Positions 28,039 through 39,415 of a stretch of 64,000 nucleotides of DNA are shown in pieces. The stretch lies in NCBI GenBank assembly GCA_964620955.1, contig CAZUKH010000001.1, forward strand, positions 124,593 through 188,592, in the 5' to 3' direction. Within the stretch, counting starts at the first letter, position 1. Each line of letters opens with the position of its first letter. The DNA comes from an uncultured Candidatus Saccharibacteria bacterium. Its GTDB lineage: Bacteria > Patescibacteriota > Dojkabacteria > J137. The position numbers were made by a program, and so were the translations under genes. The notes beneath the pieces were generated by a model that worked only from the letters and a program-made list of their open reading frames with translations, was not told where the DNA came from and did not search any database.

Positions 28039-29618
28039 TACTTCTCTACTCTATAAGCAATTATAAAATCGCCGACCGCAAGGTCGGTAATTGCTGGTTC
28101 CAATAACATTCCACACTCCATTCCTTTTTTTATCTCTTTAACCTCATTTTTTCCTTGCCTTAGTTGCTTAACCTTTGAAGTGCCTCGCAACTCATCTTCA
28201 TGTCCAGATTGCAGCTTTACAGCTTTAACCTGGTAGCCTCTCAAGAATTTATTATCTAAAACTTTACAGCCCGCAACCTGGCTTCCATCTGACAATGTAA
28301 ATACCTGCAAAACCTCGGCTTTTGCCATTTCGATTTCTTCTTCAATTGGTTTATCCATACTATCTAAAACATCTGCAAGTTCATCAAGGAGTTCATAAAT
28401 AATTTCATATTTTCTAACAAGCACTTTTTCTCTTTTTGCAATTTGGGCAACAGAGTTTGGCACATCACTTTGAAAAGTTATAACAATACCTTTTGCAATT
28501 TTAGCCAACTCAATATCTTTTTCAGTTACTTCTCCTGTTCCACTATTTAAAATTGTTACTTTGGATTCTTCATTTTCTAGAGCTTCAATTTCTTTTGTAA
28601 CTGCCTCCAAGGTACCTTGAGTTGAGGTTTTTAAAATTATTTTTAATTCTTTTTGACTTGTACCACTGTCTTTTTCTTGCTTTTGCATAAGCATTTGAGC
28701 AAAAAGTGATTCTGGGTCGAGTTTTTGGAGTTCACTAGCTTCATCTTCATCAACTTCTCCTGTTTTTAACTGACTTTCTAGGTTTCTTGCTGCTTGCTCA
28801 TCTTCTACAAAGTTAATAATCTCCCCTGTTTGTAGGTCGTTTTTTAAGCCGGCAACCGTAAATGGCTGTGACTCATTGACTATTTGAAGCTGTTTTTGAT
28901 TTTCATCTAAATAGGCTCTTACCTTAAAATACCCTGACTGGGTTACTCCAAACATCCTTTGGGTTAAGTTTCCTGCTTTAAGAATTGCAAGTGCCGCGTA
29001 ACCAACGTGCTTGTTGAGGCTAGATTCCATTACAAAAGCTTCAGCCACTACACCTTCTTTTGGTTGCTTTGGCTTAAGCTCATTAACTTCAGTAAGTAGC
29101 TCAATTCCTTCCAGTAATTCTTTAAGACCTGTTTTATTTTTTGCGGAAACCTCAAAACACATTACGTCACCTCCATATTCTTCTATTACGACTTTATAAC
29201 TAGACAGCTCTTGCTTTATTTTTTCTATTTTTACGCCTTCCAAATCGATTTTATTTAATGCAACAATTATTGGAACTTTGTACTCATGAGCAAATTCTAT
29301 TGATTCTTTTGTTTGAGGTTGGACACCATCATCAGCTGCAACAACTAAAAGCACAAAATCTGTTACTCTTGCTCCCCTTTGCCGCATATTGCTGAAAGCC
29401 TCGTGGCCTGGCGTATCTATAAAAGTAATTTTAAAGCCTGTGTGTGTAACTACCTCGTGTGCTCTTGTATTTTGAGTTATTCCTCCAAATTCTTTTTCAG
29501 CAACTCTTGCTCCTCTTATTGAATCTAGCAAAGAGGTTTTACCATGGTCCACATGACCCATTACTGCGACTACAGGCTGTCTGATTGTTTGTTTTTTGGG
29601 TAATTGTTTTTTTGCCAT
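28035..29618 (-). CDS. infB: Translation initiation factor IF-2 (short form lacking N-terminal domains)
   Basis: [17 protein letters not shown] (G1), DTPGHEAF (G3), NKID (G4), C-terminal beta-barrel domains. ORF extends to 29645; the internal MAKKQL start at 29618 is more plausible. Confidence 0.9.
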   Translation of the reverse strand: MAKKQLPKKQTIRQPVVAVMGHVDHGKTSLLDSIRGARVAEKEFGGITQNTRAHEVVTHTGFKITFIDTPGHEAFSNMRQRGARVTDFVLLVVAADDGVQPQTKESIEFAHEYKVPIIVALNKIDLEGVKIEKIKQELSSYKVVIEEYGGDVMCFEVSAKNKTGLKELLEGIELLTEVNELKPKQPKEGVVAEAFVMESSLNKHVGYAALAILKAGNLTQRMFGVTQSGYFKVRAYLDENQKQLQIVNESQPFTVAGLKNDLQTGEIINFVEDEQAARNLESQLKTGEVDEDEASELQKLDPESLFAQMLMQKQEKDSGTSQKELKIILKTSTQGTLEAVTKEIEALENEESKVTILNSGTGEVTEKDIELAKIAKGIVITFQSDVPNSVAQIAKREKVLVRKYEIIYELLDELADVLDSMDKPIEEEIEMAKAEVLQVFTLSDGSQVAGCKVLDNKFLRGYQVKAVKLQSGHEDELRGTSKVKQLRQGKNEVKEIKKGMECGMLLEPAITDLAVGDFIIAYRVEKY

Positions 29619-29713
29619 ATACCAACGAGAGATTTTAACATACAACCTTAAGATAAAATAGATAAAAATCTTTTGATCCTATGGTCTAGTTTTTTTAACT
29701 TGTATAATACGAT

Positions 29714-31048
29714 ATGTTTGACTTTACGAAGCTAAAAAAATTAGACCCGGTACTAGTTATCCTAATTGCAATTTTTGCTTTGTTTAGTAATTTAAATGTT
29801 TTTGCAACAACTTTCTTTTTTGGAAGATCAACTTCGCCAATATTTATCTCTCACATTACTTATTGGATATTAGGTATACTACTTTTTGTTTTGATAGGCA
29901 CTTTTAACTACAAACTTTTAAGAAATAAAGTTGCAGCAATTGTAATTTTCATAGTTTGTGTGGCAATGCTGTTAACTGTTCTCATAGCAGGAGAAACGAT
30001 CCTCGGTGCAAAAAGATGGATTAACTTAGGAGGGTTTTATCTTCAGCCATCAGAATTTGCAAAGCTTTTTTTAGTTATTATTACCGCTAATCTTTGCTCC
30101 CAACTTTCAATACGAAATAGGAAGTTAAAGATTTTAAAAGTTACCCCTTACCTTGCTACCATTTTAGTAATAGGTATTTTAGCTGGACTTACATTTCTCC
30201 AAAATTCTCTTGGTAATACAGTTTTAATTTTGCTTATAGGCTTAGGGGTTCTTTTTTATGCTCATCCTTTTTCTATCAGGCAAATCTTGGTTATTGCTGT
30301 TTCACTTTCTGCCATAATTTTTGCGGTAATTCTTAAATCACCTGAACTTTCAATTAACTATGCCGCAGCAGGCACAGCTTGTGCACTGGGCCTCGCCTTT
30401 ATTGGACGCGTTAAGAAATTAAGCCGGTTGTACAACGCAGCAATTGTTTTAGTAGCCTTTGCTGTTGGGACAGCGGCTGTGCCTGCTGCGGCATACATTT
30501 ACCACAATGTAATACAAGACTATCAAAGATCTCGAATCGAGTCTTTTATAAATCCTGACCAAGATGAAGCCGGTTCCTGGAATAAAGAACAATCTGTTAT
30601 AGCTTGTGGCGCCGGCCAACTTACTGGCAAAGGTTTTTTACAAGGAACCCAGTCTGCTAACGGACTTTTGCCATTTGCATACAGCGATTTTGCATTTTGC
30701 GGTTTTGGTGAACAGTTTGGGTTTATTGGGATTCTAATTTTATTGCTGCTTTACCTAGTGTTATTTAATCGCATTGTTTCATTAACCAACACTGTTGAAG
30801 ACCCTTTTGGAAGACTGCTCCTTTTTGGCACTGCGTTAATAATTGGATTTAATACTTTGCAGCATGTTGGAATGAACTTAGGGCTATTACCTATAACAGG
30901 CGTACCTTTGCCTTTGATTAGCGCCGGTGGTAGCGCCATGCTAACAGTTATGGCCTCTTTAGGAATATGCTCTAGTATTTTAGCAACTGTTAACAAAAAC
31001 AAAGCTACTGTTACAAAAAAATATATTTATCGAAAATTATCACATTAG
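29714..31048 (+). CDS. SEDS family peptidoglycan polymerase (RodA/FtsW)
   Basis: ~10 TM helices. LQPSEFAKL, FAYSDFAFCGFGEQFGFIG, TGVPLPLISAGGSAM. Confidence 0.85.
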   Translation: MFDFTKLKKLDPVLVILIAIFALFSNLNVFATTFFFGRSTSPIFISHITYWILGILLFVLIGTFNYKLLRNKVAAIVIFIVCVAMLLTVLIAGETILGAKRWINLGGFYLQPSEFAKLFLVIITANLCSQLSIRNRKLKILKVTPYLATILVIGILAGLTFLQNSLGNTVLILLIGLGVLFYAHPFSIRQILVIAVSLSAIIFAVILKSPELSINYAAAGTACALGLAFIGRVKKLSRLYNAAIVLVAFAVGTAAVPAAAYIYHNVIQDYQRSRIESFINPDQDEAGSWNKEQSVIACGAGQLTGKGFLQGTQSANGLLPFAYSDFAFCGFGEQFGFIGILILLLLYLVLFNRIVSLTNTVEDPFGRLLLFGTALIIGFNTLQHVGMNLGLLPITGVPLPLISAGGSAMLTVMASLGICSSILATVNKNKATVTKKYIYRKLSH

Positions 31049-31100
31049 CAAGAATATTAACAAATCTGCTATACTACTTAATAATATTAAATTAATTAAA

Positions 31101-31781
31101 ATGAAAAAATTATTTTGGAAAATTGTAAAGTGGTTTTCAATAATTACTTACCCTGTTTTGCTTTCAGTATTAATTGCAGTGGGTTTTTTGCTTTGGCAAA
31201 AAGAAAGGCAAATATCTGAATCTTTAACAACTTACAAACAAATGTATTCGGAACAATCCATACCTGGTGAACCTAAAAACGATATTTCATCTGCAATAAA
31301 AGATGTTAAAGATAACATTGTTTCAAATTTATATAAAGAAATAAGCAATTTAAACTCAGAAATAGACTCTTTAAATGGAATGATCGAAAGCGCTGAAAAA
31401 GAGGGTTACGGAGAAATTAGAGGAAGCATTTTACCTTTTGTATCAAATGAGTTTGGGCTAGATCAGTACCAAAGAGTATGTGCACAAGAAGTAGATAACT
31501 TAAATAAGCAGTTTTGCGTTTCTGTTTCTGCAATTAAAAAAGACTATGCATTGGCAGTACCCGCTGGGAGTTATTACGTTTACGCTCAAATACAAAATGC
31601 CTCTGATGACACCTTTAAAGCTTACTACACTGAGTTTGTTCAGTGTTCAAGATCTGAGGCAGATAATTGCGGAGCTGCTCTTTCAGACAAAAATCTTATT
31701 GTAAATGTGGAGCCAAGTCAGGTTGTAACCCAAATCGACCCTATAGACTGGAAAGACAGCCTCAAAAGTAAGGAAAATTAA
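31101..31781 (+). CDS. Hypothetical secreted/membrane-anchored protein
   Basis: N-terminal TM/signal anchor followed by a coiled-coil segment. 2 Cys pairs in the C-terminal half. Confidence 0.45.
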   Translation: MKKLFWKIVKWFSIITYPVLLSVLIAVGFLLWQKERQISESLTTYKQMYSEQSIPGEPKNDISSAIKDVKDNIVSNLYKEISNLNSEIDSLNGMIESAEKEGYGEIRGSILPFVSNEFGLDQYQRVCAQEVDNLNKQFCVSVSAIKKDYALAVPAGSYYVYAQIQNASDDTFKAYYTEFVQCSRSEADNCGAALSDKNLIVNVEPSQVVTQIDPIDWKDSLKSKEN

Positions 31782-31999
31782 AAAAAACCAACACTTTTAA
31801 AAAAATTTTAGTATAATTGCTTTACGATTTTGATGGTATTTGCTATCATCATTTGCATGCAAAACGCAGTTGTCTATAAGCAAAACAGTCAATTATAAGT
31901 ACAGGTAACAATAATCGCACTTTGAGGCGATTTTTTGCGTTTAAATAGATTACTGTGTTGAGCAAACAAGGTATTTTACTTTTTTTACCTATATTTTTG

Positions 32000-34900
32000 A
32001 TGACCCCTCCAAAGAGAATTAATCTTACCAAAAGGCCAGTAGAGGTATTGGATATTGACTTTCTGGAATCACAAAAGCGTTTTTTCGCTGAATTTATAAC
32101 AACAGGTTTTGATGATCTGTTTGATGAAATAAACCCTATTGAGGACTATACCTCCTCGAGTTGGTCTTTAGAATTTGAAGATGTAACTTGGGAAGAACCA
32201 AAACTAGGCTTCAGAGAAGCACAAATGCTCGGCCTTTCCCATGATGCACCTGTATTTGTAAACGTAAAACTTGTTAATAAAAGATCTGGCGAAATTAAAA
32301 AACAAAAAATTTTCTTGTGCGATATGCCATTAATGAGTAACCGGGCATCTTTTATGGTAAATGGTAATGAACGAGTGGTTGTATTTCAAATTATGAGGTC
32401 AGAAGGTTTACTATTTTCTGAATCAAAAAGCTCTACTCCACTAAAGAAGATTTATTCGGTCAAATTAATGCCAAACAGAGGTAAATGGTACGAGTTTGAA
32501 ATGAACAAATACGGAGTTATGAGTGTAAAACTGTTAGAAAAAAGACCTCGAATTCTTTTAACAACACTTATAAGAGCATTTGGGTATAGCTCCAATGCTG
32601 AAATTAAAAAACTTTTAGAAAAATATGATACTGGTGAAGTAAAGTATTTAGATCAAACACTTAAAAAAGACCCTACTAAATCAACTGAAGAGGCCTTAAT
32701 AGAAATTTATAGAAAACTAAGACCTGAAGATTCAATTACACTTGAAAATGCAAGAAATTTTATTGAAAACATTTTCTTTAACAAAAGAAGGTTTTATCTT
32801 GGAAAGATCGGAAGGTACAAGCTTAATCAAAAATTAGGTATTAAAGAGGATATAACTATAAATGATTATTTACTAAAAAAGCGAGATGTGATCGAAATTA
32901 TTAGGTCACTAATACAGTTGAATAATGGTCAAATGCAGCCAGATGACATAGACAGCCTTGGAAACAGAAGAATAAGAGTTATTAACGAAATTATAGCCGA
33001 AAAAATTCGAGTAGGAATGTTAATAATGGAAAAAAATATTAGAGATAGAATGAGCACTTTTTCAACTGATGAAAAGGTTACGCCAGCTATGCTGGTGAAC
33101 ACCAAGCCAATAATAGCTGCAATAAATCAATTTTTTGGAAGTTCTGCATTACTAAGATATTTAGACCAAGAAAATATTCTTTCTGAAATAGAAGCTAAAA
33201 GAAAAGTTACAGCAGGAGGCCCAAGGGGATTGACTAAAGAAAGGGCAACATTCTCTGTAAGAGATGTTCACGAATCGCACTACTCAAGACTTTGTCCTGT
33301 AACCACGCCAGAAGGACCAAATGTTGGAATGGTTAATCAGCTTGCTGTTTACTCACGAATAAATGATTTTGGGTTTTTGGAGGCTCCTTACTTTAAAGTG
33401 AGAACCAGGTTTATTATTGGCAAAGACAAAATAGAAGACTACTCAAACAGAATATTAAGAAATGACGTCGAAGGAGTTGGAAAGAAAGGAGATAGAATTA
33501 CAAAACAGTTAGTTGACAAAGCAGAAAAGAAATCAATGGAAGAACTACCTGTAGTTCCTTTTGTAACAAGTGAAATTGTTTACATGGATTCCGATACTGA
33601 AGCAGAATACAAAATTGCACCTTTTAGCACAGCACTTGACCAAGATAACAACATTACTGTAGATAAAACTTACATTAGGTACAGTAAGGACTACATTACT
33701 GCTGATATTTCAGAAATTGAATTTATGGATTTATCACCTGCACAAATTGCAGGACTGGGACTATCATTAATTCCTTTTGCTGGAAACGATGACCCTGCAA
33801 GGACCTTTTATGGGGCAAAAACACAAAACCAAGCAGTTCCTTTAATTAAGAATGAATCACCAGTAATTGGCACTGGTTTTGAAAAACAAGCAGCAAAAGC
33901 AAGTGGACGAAGTGTACTTGCTGAAGCAGATGGCGTTGTGACATATGCAGATGCCCAAAAAGTAGAAGTTGAATACACACAAGGTAAAAATAAAAGAAAG
34001 CAGGTTTACGAAGTTGAAAAATTTATTAGAACCAACCAAAACACTTGTTTCAGCCAAAAGAACTTTCTTTCTATTGGTGAAAAGTTTAAAAAAGGAGATG
34101 TAATTATTGATGGACCTTGTATGGATGCTGGAGAGTTGGCGCTTGGGGTTAACCTAAGAGTAGCTTATATGAACTGGGATGGTTTTAACTATGAAGATGG
34201 AATAGTTATCAATGACAGACTAATTAAAGAAGATTTACTCACTTCTGTGCATATTCACGAATATACACAAGAGGTAAGAGAAACAAAATTAGGCAATGAG
34301 ATTGTAACACAAGATATACCTGGTGTTGGTGAACATGCCTTAAGGCATCTTGATCAAGATGGGGTTGTAAGAATAGGTGCAAACGTTAATGCAAACGATA
34401 TATTAGTAGGAATAATTGCGCCTAAAGGTGAAAGTGAGCTCACAGCAGAAGAAAAACTATTGAGAGCAATCTTTGGAGAATATGCTCGGGATGTGCGTGA
34501 CAACTCATTAAGAATGCCCCACGGTGAAAAGGGTGTTGTAATAGGTGTACAGGTACTTGATAGAACTGAAGGTGCAAAGCTAAACCCAGGGGTTTTAAAG
34601 CAAATTAAAGTTTGGGTAGCAAGAACACATAAAATTTCTATTGGAGATAAGCTTACTGGTTATCATGGAGAAAAAGGGCTTATTGCTAAAGTTGTTCCGG
34701 AAGCAGACATGCCTTTCACAACAGACGGACATGCTGTTGATGTTATTCTAGGTCCTGCATCTATGATTAGAAGAATGAACCTTGGACAGCTTATAGAAAC
34801 ACATATTGGTTCTCTTGCTCATAAACTAGGCGTGAAAGTTGAGGTTCAGCCTTTTTCTGAATACTCTATTGATCCTTTGTTAGAATTAGCTAAAAAACAA

Positions 34901-35413
34901 GGTATTGATTATGAAGAAAAAGTTGATTTATTTGATGGGCGAACAGGTAAGAAATATGACCAAAAAGTCACAGTTGGGACAAAGTACATTCTAAAACTTG
35001 ATCACCTTGCAGATCATAAGGTACATGCAAGATCGACTGGCCCATATACTCTTGTTACTCAGCAACCACTAAGGGGTAAAGCACAAATGGGTGGGCAAAG
35101 ACTTGGAGAAATGGAAGTATGGGCATTGCAAGCACACGCTGTTCCTAACCTATTGCATGAAATGTTAACAATCAAATCAGACGATGTAGTTGGTAGAGCC
35201 GCAGCATACAAAGCAATAATTTCAGGCCAACCTATAAAAGCACCTACAATTCCTGAGTCGTTTAATGTTTTAGACAAAGAACTTGCTGGGCTAGGTATTA
35301 AATTGGACAAGATTAATGCCGAATACGACTATGAGAGAGCCGACATGGCACTTGAAGAAATAATTGATGCTGTTGATGCTATTCCTGTAGAAGAAAAAGG
35401 GCCAGGTAATTAA
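32000..35413 (+). CDS. rpoB: DNA-directed RNA polymerase subunit beta
   Basis: Conserved blocks LGNRRIR, GGPRGLT, RDVHxSHY, NMQRQAVPL-like, GEMEVWAL. ATG at 32000 (MTPPKRINLTKRPVEVLDI) preferred over the upstream GTG at 31955. Confidence 0.95.
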   Translation: MTPPKRINLTKRPVEVLDIDFLESQKRFFAEFITTGFDDLFDEINPIEDYTSSSWSLEFEDVTWEEPKLGFREAQMLGLSHDAPVFVNVKLVNKRSGEIKKQKIFLCDMPLMSNRASFMVNGNERVVVFQIMRSEGLLFSESKSSTPLKKIYSVKLMPNRGKWYEFEMNKYGVMSVKLLEKRPRILLTTLIRAFGYSSNAEIKKLLEKYDTGEVKYLDQTLKKDPTKSTEEALIEIYRKLRPEDSITLENARNFIENIFFNKRRFYLGKIGRYKLNQKLGIKEDITINDYLLKKRDVIEIIRSLIQLNNGQMQPDDIDSLGNRRIRVINEIIAEKIRVGMLIMEKNIRDRMSTFSTDEKVTPAMLVNTKPIIAAINQFFGSSALLRYLDQENILSEIEAKRKVTAGGPRGLTKERATFSVRDVHESHYSRLCPVTTPEGPNVGMVNQLAVYSRINDFGFLEAPYFKVRTRFIIGKDKIEDYSNRILRNDVEGVGKKGDRITKQLVDKAEKKSMEELPVVPFVTSEIVYMDSDTEAEYKIAPFSTALDQDNNITVDKTYIRYSKDYITADISEIEFMDLSPAQIAGLGLSLIPFAGNDDPARTFYGAKTQNQAVPLIKNESPVIGTGFEKQAAKASGRSVLAEADGVVTYADAQKVEVEYTQGKNKRKQVYEVEKFIRTNQNTCFSQKNFLSIGEKFKKGDVIIDGPCMDAGELALGVNLRVAYMNWDGFNYEDGIVINDRLIKEDLLTSVHIHEYTQEVRETKLGNEIVTQDIPGVGEHALRHLDQDGVVRIGANVNANDILVGIIAPKGESELTAEEKLLRAIFGEYARDVRDNSLRMPHGEKGVVIGVQVLDRTEGAKLNPGVLKQIKVWVARTHKISIGDKLTGYHGEKGLIAKVVPEADMPFTTDGHAVDVILGPASMIRRMNLGQLIETHIGSLAHKLGVKVEVQPFSEYSIDPLLELAKKQGIDYEEKVDLFDGRTGKKYDQKVTVGTKYILKLDHLADHKVHARSTGPYTLVTQQPLRGKAQMGGQRLGEMEVWALQAHAVPNLLHEMLTIKSDDVVGRAAAYKAIISGQPIKAPTIPESFNVLDKELAGLGIKLDKINAEYDYERADMALEEIIDAVDAIPVEEKGPGN

Positions 35414-35453
35414 AATTTTAGTTAACTAGTAAAATAAATTTTAAACTTAATTT

Positions 35454-38400
35454 ATGTTAAAAGATTTTAATGCAGTAAGAATAACTGTTGCATCACCTCA
35501 GGATATTCTTAACTGGTCTCACGGTGAAATTACTAAGGCAGAGACAATAAACTACCGAACTTTCAGGGCCGAGCCAGGAGGGTTGATGGCCGAAGAAATC
35601 TTTGGCCCTACTAAAGACTTCGAGTGTTACTGTGGAAAGTATAAAAAGATTCGATATAAAGGAATTGTTTGTGATAGATGCGGAGTTGAGGTAACACACA
35701 AAAGAGTAAGAAGAGAAAGAATGGGGCATATTAAACTTAGTGCACCAGTTACACATGTATGGTATGCAAATGGCGTTCCTAACAGACTTGCAGTAATTTT
35801 AGATATTCCTCAAAAAAAACTTGAAACTGTAATCTATTACGCACGATATGTAGTAACAGGAGTAAATGACGATGAACAGCAAAAGGCAATTGAAAGTCTT
35901 AAAGACCTGAAAGCTAACGAAATAAAAGAAATGGATGCAGAGCTTGAAACGAAAATTGTAGAAATCAATAACGAATTTAAAGAAAAAAGATCCGATGCAG
36001 AAAAAGAAAACGCCAAGGATAAAAAGAAATTGAGCCTACAGCTTGAAAGAATAGCGCAAAATGAAAAATCGGAAGTTGCAAGAGTTAAAGCTGCATTCAA
36101 ACAAAGAATGGACAATTTGGATAAAAAGTTTGCTGATTTAAAAAATCTTATAAAAGATATCAAAGTCGGCTTTACCCTATCTGAAGAAGAACATTCGCTA
36201 ATGGAAGAGTATGATTTCTTCTTTTATGATGCTGGCATGGGTGCAGAAGCAATGAAGCAACTTTTAGAAAAACTTAATATTGAAAAAGAACTTGAAGGAC
36301 TTGAAGAAACATTAAAAGCAAGTAAGTCACAGCTAAAAAAATCAAAACTGGTTCAAAGACTGAGAGTACTAAAAGGAATTTTGAAGTCTGGGATCAGGCC
36401 TGAGTGGCTTGTTTTAGATGTTTTACCTGTAATACCACCAGATTTAAGACCAATAATCCAATTGCCTGGAGGAAGATTTGCAACTTATGACTTAAACGAT
36501 CTTTATAGAAGAGTTATTAACAGAAATAACCGATTAAGAAGACTTATTAATCTTGGAGCGCCTGAAATCATTTTGCGAAATGAAAAAAGAATGCTCCAGG
36601 AATCAGTAGATTCGCTTTTAGATAACAATCATAAACCAGGTGCTCCAGCATTAAACACAAGGGGGATGCCTTTCAAATCACTATCTGACATGCTTAGAGG
36701 CAAGCAAGGTAGATTTAGACAAAACCTTCTTGGAAAACGTGTTGACTACTCGGGAAGAGCTGTAATTGTAGCTGGTCCTGACCTTAGGTTTGATCAATGC
36801 GGCTTACCTAAAAATATTGCATTAGAGCTTTTCAGACCTTTTATTATTAGAGAATTAATTGGCAGAGGCCATGCGGCAAACCCAACAAGGGCTAAAGTGA
36901 TTTTTGAAGAAAAAGACACAATTGTATGGGATATTCTTGATGATGTAATAGTTGACAGGCCAGTACTTTTGAATAGGGCTCCATCTTTGCACAGATACTC
37001 AATACTTGCCTTCTACCCTGTTTTAATAGAAGGTAATGCTATTCGCTTACATCCGATGGTTTGCCAAGGTTTCAACGCAGACTTTGATGGAGACCAAATG
37101 GCTGTACATCTTCCATTGTCAGATGCTGCTGTAGTAGAAGTAAAAGAAAGAATGTTCGCTAAAGATAATATGTTGTCGTTAAGAGACGCAACTCCAATAG
37201 TAAACGTTTCTAAAGATATGGCTATGGGAGTTTACTTCCTAACCTTAATGCAAGGTAGTGAAAAAGAGGCGAAAAGAGCCTTTGGTTCGACTGAAGAACT
37301 TTTAACTGCATATAACATTGGAACTATAAAATTTTACGAGCCTATAAAACTGTTGAGAGATGAAAAGGTTTTAACAACCACAGTTGGTAGAGTAATTTTT
37401 AATAGCATATTGCCTGAAGGATTTGAATTTATAAACAAAGCTATGAGCAAATCCGATGTGTCAAAGCTATCCGCAAGAATTTTTAGAGACTATGGACGTG
37501 AAGATGCAATAAAATCACTTGATAGCATTAAAGACCTCGGTTTCGAATATGCTACAAAGCTTGGGTTCTCAATTTCAATGGGCGAGTTCCGATTTGGCGC
37601 AGGCGAAATCACAGGTAAAGAACTATCAGACTTTGATCAAAAAGAAAAAGAGTTGCTAAACGAATACTATGACGGAATGATTACCCGCAATGAGTTAAAA
37701 AGACTAAAACGAGATTTATGGTCAGAATTTACCGACAAAATTCAAGAAGAAGTTTGGGAAAAAGCAAGAGTGGCTGATGCATCTTGGAACCTTGTGGAGC
37801 TTAATAATTCGGGAGCAGTTCCAGTTAGCTCATGGGTTAAACAAATTTCCGGAGTTAGAGGTTCTGTATCAAATATGGATGGTGAGGTTGTAGGATTACC
37901 TTTAAGAAACAACTATGAAAAAGGTTTAAGTAACATTGAATACTTTGTAGCAGCTAAAGCTGTAAGAAAATCATTTGCTGATGTTGCGCTTAAAACAGCT
38001 GAGTCTGGTTACCTTACAAGAAGGCTGGTTGATGTTTCACAAGACTTAATTACTAAAGTAGAAGACTGTGGCACACAGGAAGGGTTAATAGTAAAAAGAG
38101 ACGCGCCAAGACAAATGGCTTTTGAGAACAGAATAAGGGGTAGATTTACTACAAAAGCTGTTAAAGATGCAAAAGGAAAAGTCTTGGTAGATAAGGGTGA
38201 ACCAATAACAGTAGACTTGGCTTCAAAAATTGCGGCAGATGAGTCAATTACTGAAGTTGAACTAAGAAGCCCTCTTAAATGTAGAGTGTCACATGGGTTG
38301 TGCCAAAAATGTTATGGATTTGATAATGGCACAGGAGAAATAGTCAAAATTGGAGAAGCCGTAGGTATTATTGCTGCCCAGGCACTTGGAGAACCAACAA

Positions 38401-39401
38401 CTCAGTTAACTCTTAAAAGTAAATCTGACGCTAGAGCATCAAAATCTGACGTTACACAAGGTTTGCCAAGAGTAGAAGAACTTTTAGAAGCAAGGACACC
38501 AAAAGCTCTGGCTCAGCTTGCTGACGCTGATGGGACAGTAAGTATAATTGAAGACAAAAAGCATATTATTATTAGGATAAATGCAAAGCAAACCTTTGAA
38601 AAAGAATATAAATTAGTTGAAACAGACACTGTAACAGTAAAATCGGGAGCTAAAGTTGAACAGGGCCAAACAATCATTGTTAAGTCCGACAAAACAGAAA
38701 TTCGTGCATCTTCAGATGGAAAGGTGAAAATTGCAGATGGTAAAGTAATAATTGAAACTGTTAAAAATGTTGAGTATGAAAGATATGCGAATGATCCATC
38801 TGACATCATTGTTAAAGATGGTGCTAAAGTCAAAAAAGGTGATGAGCTAACACATGGATCTATTGATCCTAAAGAGCTTGCACGGTTAAGAAGTATTGAT
38901 GAAGCGCAAGCATACATAATTGCTGGGGTACAGTCTGTATATGGCATTCAAGGTCTTGAAGTTGATGACAGGCACCTTGAAATAGTTGCGCGACAAATGT
39001 CACGTTATGCTTTAATTAACGATAATGGTGGCAGTCAAGAGTTCCTTCCTGGAGATTACGCTGACATTATTGATATTGAAGTTGAAAACCTTGAACTTGA
39101 AAAAGCAGGTAAATCCCTAATTAAATACGAAAGAGTGCTATTAGGTGTTACAAATTCGTCAATAAGGACAGAAAGCTTCTTATCCGCAGCTTCATTTGAA
39201 CAGCAGGTTAGAGTTTTGACAGATGCAGCCTTGATTGGCAAGGTAGATCACTTGAGAGGACTAAAAGAGAATGTTATAATCGGCAGGCCAGTTCCTTTAG
39301 GAAAAATGCTTATAGAAAAGAATCCTGAAGAAATTGAAGTGGTTGAAGAGCAAATTAAGGTAATTGAAGAATCAGAAGGTCTAGTTAAAGCAGATTTATA
39401 A
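35454..39401 (+). CDS. rpoC: DNA-directed RNA polymerase subunit beta-prime, with a lineage-specific coiled-coil insertion near the N-terminus
   Basis: Zn-binding CxxC...CxxC, catalytic NADFDGDQM, VLPVIPPDLRP, RFRQNLLGKRVDYSGR. About 100 extra charged residues between the YVVTG and GMGAEA blocks. Confidence 0.95.
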   Translation: MLKDFNAVRITVASPQDILNWSHGEITKAETINYRTFRAEPGGLMAEEIFGPTKDFECYCGKYKKIRYKGIVCDRCGVEVTHKRVRRERMGHIKLSAPVTHVWYANGVPNRLAVILDIPQKKLETVIYYARYVVTGVNDDEQQKAIESLKDLKANEIKEMDAELETKIVEINNEFKEKRSDAEKENAKDKKKLSLQLERIAQNEKSEVARVKAAFKQRMDNLDKKFADLKNLIKDIKVGFTLSEEEHSLMEEYDFFFYDAGMGAEAMKQLLEKLNIEKELEGLEETLKASKSQLKKSKLVQRLRVLKGILKSGIRPEWLVLDVLPVIPPDLRPIIQLPGGRFATYDLNDLYRRVINRNNRLRRLINLGAPEIILRNEKRMLQESVDSLLDNNHKPGAPALNTRGMPFKSLSDMLRGKQGRFRQNLLGKRVDYSGRAVIVAGPDLRFDQCGLPKNIALELFRPFIIRELIGRGHAANPTRAKVIFEEKDTIVWDILDDVIVDRPVLLNRAPSLHRYSILAFYPVLIEGNAIRLHPMVCQGFNADFDGDQMAVHLPLSDAAVVEVKERMFAKDNMLSLRDATPIVNVSKDMAMGVYFLTLMQGSEKEAKRAFGSTEELLTAYNIGTIKFYEPIKLLRDEKVLTTTVGRVIFNSILPEGFEFINKAMSKSDVSKLSARIFRDYGREDAIKSLDSIKDLGFEYATKLGFSISMGEFRFGAGEITGKELSDFDQKEKELLNEYYDGMITRNELKRLKRDLWSEFTDKIQEEVWEKARVADASWNLVELNNSGAVPVSSWVKQISGVRGSVSNMDGEVVGLPLRNNYEKGLSNIEYFVAAKAVRKSFADVALKTAESGYLTRRLVDVSQDLITKVEDCGTQEGLIVKRDAPRQMAFENRIRGRFTTKAVKDAKGKVLVDKGEPITVDLASKIAADESITEVELRSPLKCRVSHGLCQKCYGFDNGTGEIVKIGEAVGIIAAQALGEPTTQLTLKSKSDARASKSDVTQGLPRVEELLEARTPKALAQLADADGTVSIIEDKKHIIIRINAKQTFEKEYKLVETDTVTVKSGAKVEQGQTIIVKSDKTEIRASSDGKVKIADGKVIIETVKNVEYERYANDPSDIIVKDGAKVKKGDELTHGSIDPKELARLRSIDEAQAYIIAGVQSVYGIQGLEVDDRHLEIVARQMSRYALINDNGGSQEFLPGDYADIIDIEVENLELEKAGKSLIKYERVLLGVTNSSIRTESFLSAASFEQQVRVLTDAALIGKVDHLRGLKENVIIGRPVPLGKMLIEKNPEEIEVVEEQIKVIEESEGLVKADL

Positions 39402-39415
39402 CTTATAGTTAAAAA

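Noticed and set aside
35493-36163. Antisense ORFs (87 and 108 aa) inside rpoC
   Set aside because: They are antisense to a highly conserved gene. S/F/L-rich low-complexity translations of the charged coiled-coil region's complement.
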